A stretch of 64,000 nucleotides of DNA. Origin: Propionibacteriaceae bacterium (lineage in GTDB: Bacteria; Actinomycetota; Actinomycetes; Propionibacteriales; Propionibacteriaceae). The notes beneath the pieces are model-generated. The model was not told the DNA's origin. It did not search any database and saw nothing but the letters and a program-made list of their open reading frames with translations. The stretch's first letter is position 1, and the number at the start of each line of letters is the position of its first letter. Positions 31,044 through 39,995 of this stretch are shown here, in pieces. The position numbers and the translations under genes were made by a program. The DNA lies in the NCBI GenBank assembly GCA_017882685.1, contig JADGPA010000109.1, positions 7,865-71,864 of the forward strand, given 5' to 3'.

Positions 31044-31598
31044 GTGGCAAAGCAATACAGCGAGATCACCGACCGGCTGCGGCGGTTCATCGAGGACCAG
31101 CAGATGTTCTTCGTCGGCACCGCCGCGCGCGACGGCAGGGTGAACGTCTCCCCGAAAGGGCTGGACAGCCTGCGGATCCTGAGCCCGACGCGGGTTGTCT
31201 GGCTGAACGGCACCGGCAGCGGCAACGAGACCGCAGCCCACCTGCTCGACGTGCCTCGCATGACCATCATGTTCTGCTCGTTCGTTCGCGAACCACTGAT
31301 CCTGCGGGCCTACGGGACGGCGCGTGCCGTGCACCCCGGCGACGCCGAGTGGGACGACCTGGCCGCGCTGTTCCCGCCGCTGCTCGGAGCCCGCAATATC
31401 TTCGTCCTCGACGTCGAACTGGTGCAGACCTCCTGTGGCTACGGGGTGCCGCTGTACGAGTACGTCGACCAGCGCGAGTTGATGAACTCCTGGGCGACCA
31501 AGAAGGGCGAGGAGGGGCTGCGCGAGTACCAGCAGGAGCACAACCTGGTCAGCCTCGACGGGCTGCCGACCGGACTCCCGACCGGACTCCCGGACTAA
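31044..31598 (+). CDS. Pyridoxamine 5'-phosphate oxidase-family FMN-binding protein
   Basis: FFVGTA, NVSPKG, GSGNETAAH, QTSCGYGVP. Confidence 0.85.
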   Translation: MAKQYSEITDRLRRFIEDQQMFFVGTAARDGRVNVSPKGLDSLRILSPTRVVWLNGTGSGNETAAHLLDVPRMTIMFCSFVREPLILRAYGTARAVHPGDAEWDDLAALFPPLLGARNIFVLDVELVQTSCGYGVPLYEYVDQRELMNSWATKKGEEGLREYQQEHNLVSLDGLPTGLPTGLPD

Positions 31599-31620
31599 CC
31601 GTCTACGGGCGGTATCGCAC

Positions 31621-32247
31621 TCAGGACTTGTACCGCACGGGGTCGCTGTGACCGCAGCACACCCATTCGGCGCCCTGCGCGCCCAACCTTGCCAGGTCGG
31701 CAAGGCCCTGCATCGGGTCGCTCATGATGAAAGTGCGCATGGGCTTCAGCCCGGTGGCGTCCGCGGTCCCGGTGTCGCCGACGAACAGCACCGACCCGTG
31801 GCGGAACGAGTGGTGGCCCGGGGTGTGCCCAGGGGTGTGCAGGGCGCTCAGGCCGGACCAGAGTTCGGTGTCGCCCTCAATGAGCTGCAGGTTGCCGGGC
31901 AGCTCGACGTGCGTGATCGCACCCGTGAACTGCCGGAGGAAGGTGGACGGCGGCGGCACTGCGCCGGTGAGGATAGCGGCGTCCTCGGAGCCCAGCCAGG
32001 TGCGGGCGCCCGTTCGGCGCTGCCATTCCGCCGCGGCCCCGGTGTGGTCGATGTCGTAGTGCGTGAGCAGGATGTCGGTCACCTCGTACGGCGAACGTCC
32101 GGCTGCGCGCAGCTCCCTCGCCACCTTGTTGAGCCCGCCCTTCATGCCCGGGTCGATGATCGCCACCCGGTCGCCGTCGTCCAGCCAGTAGCAGTGGGCA
32201 CCCACTGAATCGGTGAGCCAGTAGGTGTTCTCGGCGAGCTGCTTCAT
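31621..32247 (-). CDS. MBL-fold metallo-hydrolase
   Basis: THYDIDH, TPGHTPGH, FVGD, CGH. Confidence 0.85.
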   Translation of the reverse strand: MKQLAENTYWLTDSVGAHCYWLDDGDRVAIIDPGMKGGLNKVARELRAAGRSPYEVTDILLTHYDIDHTGAAAEWQRRTGARTWLGSEDAAILTGAVPPPSTFLRQFTGAITHVELPGNLQLIEGDTELWSGLSALHTPGHTPGHHSFRHGSVLFVGDTGTADATGLKPMRTFIMSDPMQGLADLARLGAQGAEWVCCGHSDPVRYKS

Positions 32248-33359
32248 GCGTCCTCCCGTGTCGCGCGGCGGCGATTGCCAGGTACAGCATGCCCGCGATC
32301 TGCTGCACCATCAGGATGGATCATGACAGGAGTTCGTCGCGTTGCTGCGTCGAACACCGCCAGGGCCGCCAAGGTCACCAAGGGGTTGCTGGCCCGCCTC
32401 CCCGAGGGGCCCCAGCTGGCATAGCTGCCACGACTCACCACCTGATCCGAGGTGACCGCATTCGGCGCCTCCAGCGGGAACCCCCCGTCTGGGAGGCGCT
32501 TGGCTTCCAGCAACGCCAGCGCATCGCTGCAGCGTTCATCCCCGAGCCGGCCCAGGTCGGCCATGACCTCCAGCGCGAAGAGGACGTCGAAGAACTGGAC
32601 CGGGTAATGGATCCGGTCGGGGCCGGGACGGCCATCCCAGTCCGGAATGATCAGGCCACCCCCGGCCCGATGCCACAGCAGCCGTCGGGGCAGCACCAGG
32701 TCGGCGACCCGCTGCGCCGCCTCGATCGCCGGCGCGTAGTGGTGGGCCTGCCCGTAGGCCAACAGGCCCCGGGCCGGGATCAGCGATTCCTGGAAGGAGG
32801 AGTGGGTGGCCCGCAGACTCTTGTCGCAGTTCCAGCCCCCGTCCGGCCATTGCCAGCCGATGAGTCGGTCGACCAGGTCACGGGTACGGTCCTCCTCCAG
32901 CCCGAGCCGGACCGAGTACCAGATCGCGTTCCCGTCCATCGAGGCGCAGTGCCGCACCCGCTCCGGCTGCCCCGGGTAGGCCGCCGTCAGTGGCGGCTCG
33001 AGGAAATGCCGCGAGAACACCCAGTCGTGGACCCGTGCAACCAGCGGTCGTAGGGCCCGGTCGCCGGGAGGGTAGTCGATCATCGCCAGACAGGTGAGGG
33101 TCCAGTGAGGGCCCTGCCATTTGCGGTAGGTGTGCCCGAGGGTCTTGGCGTCCTGCTGGAGGACGCGCACCAAGGCCTGGGCGATTGGGGAGCCGGGGAT
33201 CCGGAGCCGCAAGGCTGCCGCCTGCGGCGAGGCAGGGTCCAATCCGGAGAGCACGCCTGCCTTGAAGGCGACAACGGGGTCGTCTGAGCCCGCCAGCGCC
33301 ATGAGCAACCGCTGTGATGCAACGCTTCGTTGCGCGCGGACCGCTGCCGGTTCGTCCAC
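32244..33359 (-). CDS. Conserved hypothetical protein, possible prenyltransferase/terpene-cyclase-like alpha-barrel
   Basis: YRKWQGPHW, QWPDGGWNC, RLPDGGF (QW-like repeats); start uncertain. Confidence 0.6.
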   Translation of the reverse strand: MDEPAAVRAQRSVASQRLLMALAGSDDPVVAFKAGVLSGLDPASPQAAALRLRIPGSPIAQALVRVLQQDAKTLGHTYRKWQGPHWTLTCLAMIDYPPGDRALRPLVARVHDWVFSRHFLEPPLTAAYPGQPERVRHCASMDGNAIWYSVRLGLEEDRTRDLVDRLIGWQWPDGGWNCDKSLRATHSSFQESLIPARGLLAYGQAHHYAPAIEAAQRVADLVLPRRLLWHRAGGGLIIPDWDGRPGPDRIHYPVQFFDVLFALEVMADLGRLGDERCSDALALLEAKRLPDGGFPLEAPNAVTSDQVVSRGSYASWGPSGRRASNPLVTLAALAVFDAATRRTPVMIHPDGAADRGHAVPGNRRRATREDA

Positions 33360-33388
33360 GCCCGGATCGTAGCGCCGGCGGCTGTGGC

Positions 33389-34273
33389 TCAGCGCGAGCC
33401 CAGCGGGGCAATCGGGCCACCATCGTCGCCTGGGGCGAGGCCGCCCTGGCAGGTGGGGCAGTAGAACATCGCCCGCTCCCGGGTCGGAGGGCCGATCTGC
33501 GCCACCCGGATGGTGGTGCCGCAGCGCCGGCATGGACGTCCGGAGCGCGCGTGCACATAGGTGTTCTCGCCGTCCCTGCGACTTCCGGTGCTGGTCTGGA
33601 CGGCGTGCTGGAGGTTCGCGGTCATGAGCTGTCGTGCCCGCGACACGACGCCCACGAGGACGTCCGAGCCGAGGCCCGCGGCGTCGGCCCAGGGGAATGT
33701 TCGCTGCAGGAACAGCGACTCACTGGCCCACATGGTTCCGATCCCGGCGAGATTCCGCTGGTCGAGCAGGGCTGCGCCGATGGGCCCGGAGAGGTTCGCC
33801 ACCGCCTGCTGCAGGTCGAAGCCCGCACTCAGGATGTCGGGGCCGAGGTGCCCGACGAGGGTGTCTTCCTGGCTGGTGCGGACGAGGTTGAGCATCCCCA
33901 GCCGCAGCCCGGTCGCCGTCCACTCCTGGGTCACCAGCAGCACGCGGATGTCGTCGGAGCCGCGTCCGCCACGGTCGAGGCGCTCCCGGCGCCGCGGGTC
34001 AACGCGGCCCCGGGCCGCGATCGCCGAGGGGTTCCCGGACGTGCGGGAGATGCGCCACTGACCCTCCATCAACAGGTGCGAGTGCAGCGTCCAGCCCGAG
34101 TCGAGGCGCTGCAGGATGTGCTTGCCTACAGGCACGACTTCCGTGACGGTCTGCCCCACCAGGTTGGCCGTGGACAGCCCGGGCCAGCGCAGGTCGGCGG
34201 CCACCAACGCTCGTCCGGCCAGCGCCTCGTGCAGCCGGGCGCAGGTGCGGAAGACGGTGTCGCCTTCTGGCAC
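33389..34273 (-). CDS. nei: Endonuclease VIII-like glycosylase (Nei2)
   Basis: PEGD N-terminus, GKH, HLLMEG, LLDQRNLAGIG, CRRC...CPTCQ zinc finger; directly downstream of lhr. Confidence 0.9.
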   Translation of the reverse strand: MPEGDTVFRTCARLHEALAGRALVAADLRWPGLSTANLVGQTVTEVVPVGKHILQRLDSGWTLHSHLLMEGQWRISRTSGNPSAIAARGRVDPRRRERLDRGGRGSDDIRVLLVTQEWTATGLRLGMLNLVRTSQEDTLVGHLGPDILSAGFDLQQAVANLSGPIGAALLDQRNLAGIGTMWASESLFLQRTFPWADAAGLGSDVLVGVVSRARQLMTANLQHAVQTSTGSRRDGENTYVHARSGRPCRRCGTTIRVAQIGPPTRERAMFYCPTCQGGLAPGDDGGPIAPLGSR

Positions 34274-34275
34274 GG

Positions 34276-37200
34276 CTAGCCCCTGAGCCTGAGGCCACGC
34301 GGGGTCAGGCCGAACCCGGCGGCCGCAAGCGCGTGCGCGAGCGGCTGGCCGGAGCCGAGCACCGACTCGCCGTCCACCTTCTGCACGGTGAGCCTTCCGA
34401 GGGTATGCACGGCGCCGGCCAGTGCTGAGGCCGCCGGTTCGAGCAGTGCAGCATCGTCCGACCAGGACAGGAGCGTGCGCCCGCCCCGTTCGACGTAGAG
34501 CACGAGGCGTCCGTCGACGAGCACGACGAGGGCGCCGGCCTTGCGTCCGGGCAGATGGCCGCCGGACTCGTCCGGGCGGGACGGCCACGCCAGGGCTGCG
34601 CCGTACGGGTTGGCAGGGTCGGTGGCCGCTAGCACCAGCGCGGGGCCGGCATCGTCGCCCTCCAGCGGACGGGCCATTGCCCGCAGCCGGTCGACAGCCC
34701 CTACGCCGCCGAACTGCGCAGCGCCAAGGCCCTCGACGAAGTAGCCGCGGCGCACCCGTCCGGAATCCTCAGCGGCCGCCAGCACCCGGTAGACGCCCGC
34801 GAACCCGCCCGGCACCTCCTCGGCACCGACGCTGCCGCGAGTGACCACGCCGTAGCGGTCGAGCAGCAGCTCCGCCCGAGCGACGGCGCGAGTGGTCGCA
34901 TCGGTCTCGGCTGCCGGCAAGGCGAACCAGCGGCCCACTGTTTCGGGCGGCCCGCCGCGGCGGGGCAGCGGCGCCCGGGGCAATGCGCGGCCATAGCGAC
35001 CGCGCGCCGGTGCCACCGGCCGGCTGCGGTGCGTGGGGCGTCCCTGGATCAGCACCCGCAATGGGGCGAGGGTGTCGTTGCCAAGGCGCCCGGCCCAGGA
35101 CAGGTCCCACAGGGCGCGGCTCAGCTCGGCGTCGTCCACCTTGAGCTGGTCAGCCAGCGCGCGGAAGAAGTAACCGCCACCCCCGATCACCTCGAGCACC
35201 CTCGTGGCCAGGTCGTCGGTGACCGGTTGGGGTTCGCCGAGGGTCAGCGGTGCGAGTTCTGCAGGGTGCAGCGACACCCATCCGTCCGTTCCGGCCAGCG
35301 AACCGTGCCCCTGCCAGAGCAGCTCCCCGGCCGTGGTCAGCTCGTCGAGCATGCCGGGACGGTAGTCGCGCACCCGGGCCGGCAGGATCAGCGACTCCAG
35401 TGCGCTGGCCGGCACCGGCACTCCAGCCAGTTGCTCTGCCGCGCGCAGGACGCCGTCCACGCCGCGCAGTTCTCCGACGCCCTGCCAGGACGGCAGGAAC
35501 CGGGCGAAGTCGGTTGCCGACACCGGCTCGACCGCTTCCCGCAGCGATGCCAGCGACCGTCGGCGCAGGAGGCGCAGGACGCGGGCGTCGCAGAACTGGG
35601 CGGTGGGGTCGGGCGCCCTTCGTGACGCTTCGCTCGCAAGCTCACGAAGCTCCTCAGGGACCGTGGGGTGGGCCGCGCTCGCTGCGCCCGTTCGACTCGG
35701 CGGCACCCAGCCCATGGGGTTCAGGTCACCCTCGACCAGCCGGCCCGATGCAACCAGCCGGCGAAGCACGTCGCGCGCGACAGCAGAGCCGATGCCCAGC
35801 CAGTCGGCGGCTTCGGAAGCGGTGAACACCGCGTGCGTGCGGGCGTAGCGGGCCAGGAGCTCACCCAGTGGGTCGGTCACGGGCGCCAGCAGCGCCTCCG
35901 GGAGGCCCTGCGGCAGCGGCAACCCGAGGGCGTCACGGACGCGAGCTGCATCCTCTACCACCGACCAGCGGGACTCCCCGCGGCCGGCGAGCTCGATCAC
36001 CCGTCGGGCGTGAATCAGGCCGGCCAGCCACCCGTCCACCACGGCCGGTTCCGCCTGGCTGCGTCGGTGAAGTTCTGTCGTGGACAGCGGCCCGATGCCT
36101 CGGAGCACATCGGTGAGCTCGTCTGCGTCCCTCGCCTTGCGGGGCTCGTCAAGGTGCTGCAACTCCACCTCGGTGCGGGTGAGCGCGTCGGGGTCGAGCA
36201 GCTCGGCCAGCGACAGGCCCTCGGTGGTGCCGAGCAGCTCGGCCAGCAGCGTCGGGTCGAGCGACAGCGCGGCGGCGCGTCGCTCGGCCAGCGGGGAGTC
36301 GCCCTCATAAAGGAACTGGGCGACGTAGCCGAACATCAGCGACGACGCGAACGGTGACGGCTTGGGAGTCTCGACGGCGACGGTTGCCACGCGGCGGCTG
36401 CGGACGTCCTTCAACAGCTCGACCAGGCCGGGCACGTCGAAGACGTCGTTCACGCATTCGCGGACGGCTTCGAGCACGATCGGGAAGCTCGGGTACTGGC
36501 TGGCCACCTCCAGCAGCTGGGCCGAACGCTGGCGCTGCTGCCACAGCGCCTGGCGCTGGTCGGGACGGCGGCGCGGCAGAAGGAGGGCACGTCCGGCGCA
36601 TTCGCGGAAGCGGGAGGCGAACAGCGCGGAGCCGCCGATCTTCTCGGTGACGCCGGCGGCGACGTCGTCGGGGTCGGGGAAGATCAGCTCGAGGAGCTCG
36701 TCCAGCTGCTCCTTCGACGACCGCGTCCGGGTGCCCTCGGACGGCTCGACCGCGCCCCATTCGGTGTCGGGCAACCGGAACACCAGGCCGTCGTCGGCGT
36801 GCATCGCCTGTACATCGATGCCGTAGCGCTCCTGCAGCCGGGTGGCCACCAGCAGCGCCCACGGGGCGTGTACCTGTGCACCGAAGGGGGAGTGCACCAC
36901 CACCCGCCAGTCGCCGATCTCGTCGCGGAAGCGTTCCACGATGATCTGGCGGTCGTGCGGGAGGCGTCCGATGGCCTCCTGCTGCTCGGTCAGGTAGCTG
37001 AGCAGGTTGTCCGCGGCCCACTCGTCCAGCCCGGAGACCCGCACCCGCTCGCGCGCGACGTCAGGTGCGAGCCCTGCGACCTCGCGGACGAAGGCGCCGA
37101 CGGCGCGCCCCAGCTCGGCCGGGCGCCCGAGGGTGTCGCCCTTCCAGAACGGCAACCGCGCCGGCACGCCGGGCGCAGGGGTCACCAGAACGCGGTCGTG

Positions 37201-39015
37201 GGTGATGTCCTCGATGCGCCAGGTGGAAGTGCCGAGGGTGAACACATCGCCGACGCGGGACTCGTAGACCATCTCCTCGTCGAGCTCGCCGACGCGACGG
37301 CCGGTCCCCTCGCCCGCGAGGAAGACGCCGTAGAGGCCACGGTCGGGAATGGTGCCGCCCGAGGTGACCGCCAGTCGTTGCGCGCCGCGGCGTCCGACAA
37401 GGGTGTCGGTGACGCGGTCCCAGACCAGACGGGGACGCAGTTCTGCGAACTCGTCGGAGGGGTAACGACCGCTGAGCATGTCCAGAACGGACTCGAGCAC
37501 GCCGCGGGTGAGCCCGGAGAAGGGGGCCGCGCGGCGGACCAGCGCCTCGATGTCGCCGACCGCCCACTCGTCGAGGGCGACCATCGCAACGATCTGCTGG
37601 GCGAGCACGTCGAGGGGGTTGGCCGGGAGGCGCAGCGCCTCGATGGCGCCCGCGCGCATGCGTTCGACGATGACGGCTGTCTGCACCAGGTCACCGCGGA
37701 ACTTCGGGAACAGCACGCCCCGCGACACCGCCCCCACATGGTGCCCGGCGCGTCCCACCCGCTGCAGGCCGGACGCGACCGACGGCGGCGCCTCCACCTG
37801 GATCACCAGGTCGACAGCACCCATGTCGATGCCGAGTTCGAGGGAGGAGGTGGCCACAACTGCCGGCAGCCGGCCGGCCTTCAGGTCCTCCTCGGTCTGT
37901 TGGCGCTGCTCCCTGCTGACCGAGCCGTGGTGAGCCCGCGCCAACACCGGCGGCACGCCCTTGCTGATCGCCGACTGCGCCATGATCTGGGCGGGAGCCC
38001 TCATGGCAACGGTCCCTGAGGAGGCTGGTGAGCTTGCGAGCGAGCCGTCACGAAGGGTCCCTGATTCCTCTGCGTCTGCCGTCTCAAGCCGGTCGAGCCA
38101 GATCTCGTTCAGGCGCGCGGTCAGCCGCTCGGCCAGCCGACGGGAGTTGACAAACACCAGGGTGGACGAATGCGAGGCGATCTGGTCAACGATGCGTTCC
38201 TCGACGTGCGGCCAGATAGAGGTTCGCTCCGGCGAGCCCGCCGCCGGTCCGGACAGGTTGCCGGTGGTCTCACCGATCGCAGACAGGTCCGGCACCGGCA
38301 CGATCACCTCGAGGTCCCAGCGCTTCTCGCTCGGCGGGTTGACCACGCGCACCTCGCGGCCGCCCGCAAGGAAGCGGGCCACCTCTTCCACCGGACGCAC
38401 GGTGGCCGACAGCCCGATGCGCTGGGCCGGTTTCGGCAGCAGCGCGTCCAGCCGCTCGAGGCTGATGGCAAGGTGCGCGCCCCGTTTGGTGCCGGCGACG
38501 GCGTGCACTTCGTCGATGATCACGGTCTCGATGCCGCGCAGCGCCTGCCTCGCCGCGGAGGTGAGAAGCAGGAACAACGACTCCGGCGTTGTGATCAGGA
38601 TGTCGGACGGTCGACGGGCGAACCCGCGTCGTTCCTCGGCAGGGGTGTCGCCGGATCGGACAGCGACCGTGATGTCGGGACGGGGCAGCCCCAGCCGGGC
38701 GGCCGCATGACCGATGCCGACCAGCGGGCTGCGCAGGTTGCGCTCCACGTCGACAGCGAGCGCCTTCAGCGGCGAGATGTAGAGCACCCGGCAGCGGACG
38801 GAGGCGTCCACCGGAGGCTCTGTGGCGAGCCGGTCGATCGCCCAGAGGAATGCCGAGAGCGTCTTGCCGGAACCGGTGGGGGCGACGACAAGGGTGTGCC
38901 GGCCGCTGGAGATCGCGTCCCACGCGCCGGCCTGGGCGGGTGTGGGCGCGACGAAGTTGCTCCGGAACCACTCCCTGGTGGCCACAGAGAACCGCTCCAG
39001 CACGTCCCCCGCCAT
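34276..39015 (-). CDS. lhr: Long Lhr ATP-dependent helicase with C-terminal domain
   Basis: APTGSGKT, DEVH, GLSAT, HHGS, LELGID, QRVGRAGH; C-terminal RGYFVEGLG, ATDPANPYG. Confidence 0.95.
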   Translation of the reverse strand: MAGDVLERFSVATREWFRSNFVAPTPAQAGAWDAISSGRHTLVVAPTGSGKTLSAFLWAIDRLATEPPVDASVRCRVLYISPLKALAVDVERNLRSPLVGIGHAAARLGLPRPDITVAVRSGDTPAEERRGFARRPSDILITTPESLFLLLTSAARQALRGIETVIIDEVHAVAGTKRGAHLAISLERLDALLPKPAQRIGLSATVRPVEEVARFLAGGREVRVVNPPSEKRWDLEVIVPVPDLSAIGETTGNLSGPAAGSPERTSIWPHVEERIVDQIASHSSTLVFVNSRRLAERLTARLNEIWLDRLETADAEESGTLRDGSLASSPASSGTVAMRAPAQIMAQSAISKGVPPVLARAHHGSVSREQRQQTEEDLKAGRLPAVVATSSLELGIDMGAVDLVIQVEAPPSVASGLQRVGRAGHHVGAVSRGVLFPKFRGDLVQTAVIVERMRAGAIEALRLPANPLDVLAQQIVAMVALDEWAVGDIEALVRRAAPFSGLTRGVLESVLDMLSGRYPSDEFAELRPRLVWDRVTDTLVGRRGAQRLAVTSGGTIPDRGLYGVFLAGEGTGRRVGELDEEMVYESRVGDVFTLGTSTWRIEDITHDRVLVTPAPGVPARLPFWKGDTLGRPAELGRAVGAFVREVAGLAPDVARERVRVSGLDEWAADNLLSYLTEQQEAIGRLPHDRQIIVERFRDEIGDWRVVVHSPFGAQVHAPWALLVATRLQERYGIDVQAMHADDGLVFRLPDTEWGAVEPSEGTRTRSSKEQLDELLELIFPDPDDVAAGVTEKIGGSALFASRFRECAGRALLLPRRRPDQRQALWQQRQRSAQLLEVASQYPSFPIVLEAVRECVNDVFDVPGLVELLKDVRSRRVATVAVETPKPSPFASSLMFGYVAQFLYEGDSPLAERRAAALSLDPTLLAELLGTTEGLSLAELLDPDALTRTEVELQHLDEPRKARDADELTDVLRGIGPLSTTELHRRSQAEPAVVDGWLAGLIHARRVIELAGRGESRWSVVEDAARVRDALGLPLPQGLPEALLAPVTDPLGELLARYARTHAVFTASEAADWLGIGSAVARDVLRRLVASGRLVEGDLNPMGWVPPSRTGAASAAHPTVPEELRELASEASRRAPDPTAQFCDARVLRLLRRRSLASLREAVEPVSATDFARFLPSWQGVGELRGVDGVLRAAEQLAGVPVPASALESLILPARVRDYRPGMLDELTTAGELLWQGHGSLAGTDGWVSLHPAELAPLTLGEPQPVTDDLATRVLEVIGGGGYFFRALADQLKVDDAELSRALWDLSWAGRLGNDTLAPLRVLIQGRPTHRSRPVAPARGRYGRALPRAPLPRRGGPPETVGRWFALPAAETDATTRAVARAELLLDRYGVVTRGSVGAEEVPGGFAGVYRVLAAAEDSGRVRRGYFVEGLGAAQFGGVGAVDRLRAMARPLEGDDAGPALVLAATDPANPYGAALAWPSRPDESGGHLPGRKAGALVVLVDGRLVLYVERGGRTLLSWSDDAALLEPAASALAGAVHTLGRLTVQKVDGESVLGSGQPLAHALAAAGFGLTPRGLRLRG
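35616..35664 (-). repeat. Family A repeat in-frame inside lhr (same orientation as lhr)
   Basis: Minus strand ACGGTCCCTGAGGAG-CTTCG-TGAGCTTGCGAG-CGAAG-CGTCACGAAGGG; encodes TVPEELRELASEASRR. Confidence 0.88.
38009..38057 (+). repeat. Family A repeat in-frame inside lhr (opposite orientation)
   Basis: ACGGTCCCTGAGGAG-GCTGG-TGAGCTTGCGAG-CGAGC-CGTCACGAAGGG; read in Lhr as TLRDGSLASSPASSGTV. Confidence 0.88.
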
Positions 39016-39024
39016 GGTGGCTCA

Positions 39025-39046
39025 ACTCTGCCACGCCCCTCCGACA
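39025..39046 (-). promoter_or_regulatory. PafBC/RecA-NDp-type promoter of lhr-nei
   Basis: Minus strand TGTCGG-N10-CAGAGT, 9 nt before the lhr ATG. Confidence 0.6.
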
Positions 39047-39152
39047 GCAACAGGTGACGAAGTTCCCCGAAGTCGGTGGACAACGTCGACCGCTATCCAC
39101 AGCCGGCGAGTTGGCTGACCTCGACAGCACCTGGTCGCCGATGGTGTGAGGC

Positions 39153-39967
39153 GTGATACCTCGTCGATCCCTCCCCGAAGGACTGCTCAGCCTGGCCGCG
39201 AGACAGGATGGAGCACTGTCGATGGCGCAGTTCGCGGGCTGCGACGTCTCTGGCCGGGTGGTCGAGCGAATGCTCGCGCAGGGGATACTCACCCGAATCA
39301 CGCGGGGGGTCTACGCCACCGGCCCGGGCGGCTGGGGTCAATTGGCCTGGACCGGAGTGCTCATCGGGCTCGGTGGCACCTCAGCCGGGCCGCTCGACTC
39401 GGCCATGGAGAGCCTCCGCGTACTCGGCCTGCCCAGACGGTCATCGACGTGACGACCCGAATGACGCCCGACGAGTCCGTGGCCGTGCTCGCTGAAGCGA
39501 TCGGTCGGCGCGGCGTGCGGCCTCGCGAGCTCGAACGCCTGCTGGCCGAGTCGACGCGTCACCCCCATCGTCGGCTGCTGGCCGACCTCATCGCCGAAGT
39601 AGGCGCGGGCGCTCAAAGCCCGCTCGAGGTCCGCTACGCCCGCGAGGTCGAACGCTCCCACGGGCTCCCGGTAGCGCGCCGGCAGACAGGCCCACTGGGG
39701 CGGTATCGCACGGACGGGTGGTATCCCGAATTCGGGCTGGTCGTCGAGCTCGACGGCAAGGCATTCCATAGCGGCGCGAACGCCCTGCGCGACATGGATC
39801 GTGACAACGCCCACCTTGTGGCCGGCGTCGCAACACTCCGCTTCGGCTGGCGCCAGGTGACCCAGAACCCCTGCGGAGTCGCCGGTACCGTGGCCGCTGC
39901 GCTCCGAAGAGGAGGCTGGCAGGGGACCCTGAAGCTCTGCCCCCGCTGCCGCGTGCCGAACACGTGA
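39153..39967 (+). pseudogene. AbiEi-like N-terminal / DUF559-like (Vsr-type) nuclease-domain gene broken by deletion or frameshift near 39366
   Basis: One frame gives LAARQDG...RITRGVY...AWTGVLIG; another continues GEPPRT...GAQSPLE...VVELDGKAFH...DRDN...TLRFGW. Confidence 0.7.
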
Positions 39968-39995
39968 CTCTTCCCCCCGAACTCGGGGGCTAACG

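Noticed and set aside
33950-34050. Arg-rich extra segment in Nei as another repeat insertion
   Set aside because: No similarity to repeat families A-C; probably an ordinary variable loop.
39076-39101. Replication origin suggested by DnaA-like boxes
   Set aside because: Only two imperfect boxes, no AT-rich unwinding element, and no dnaA/dnaN context.
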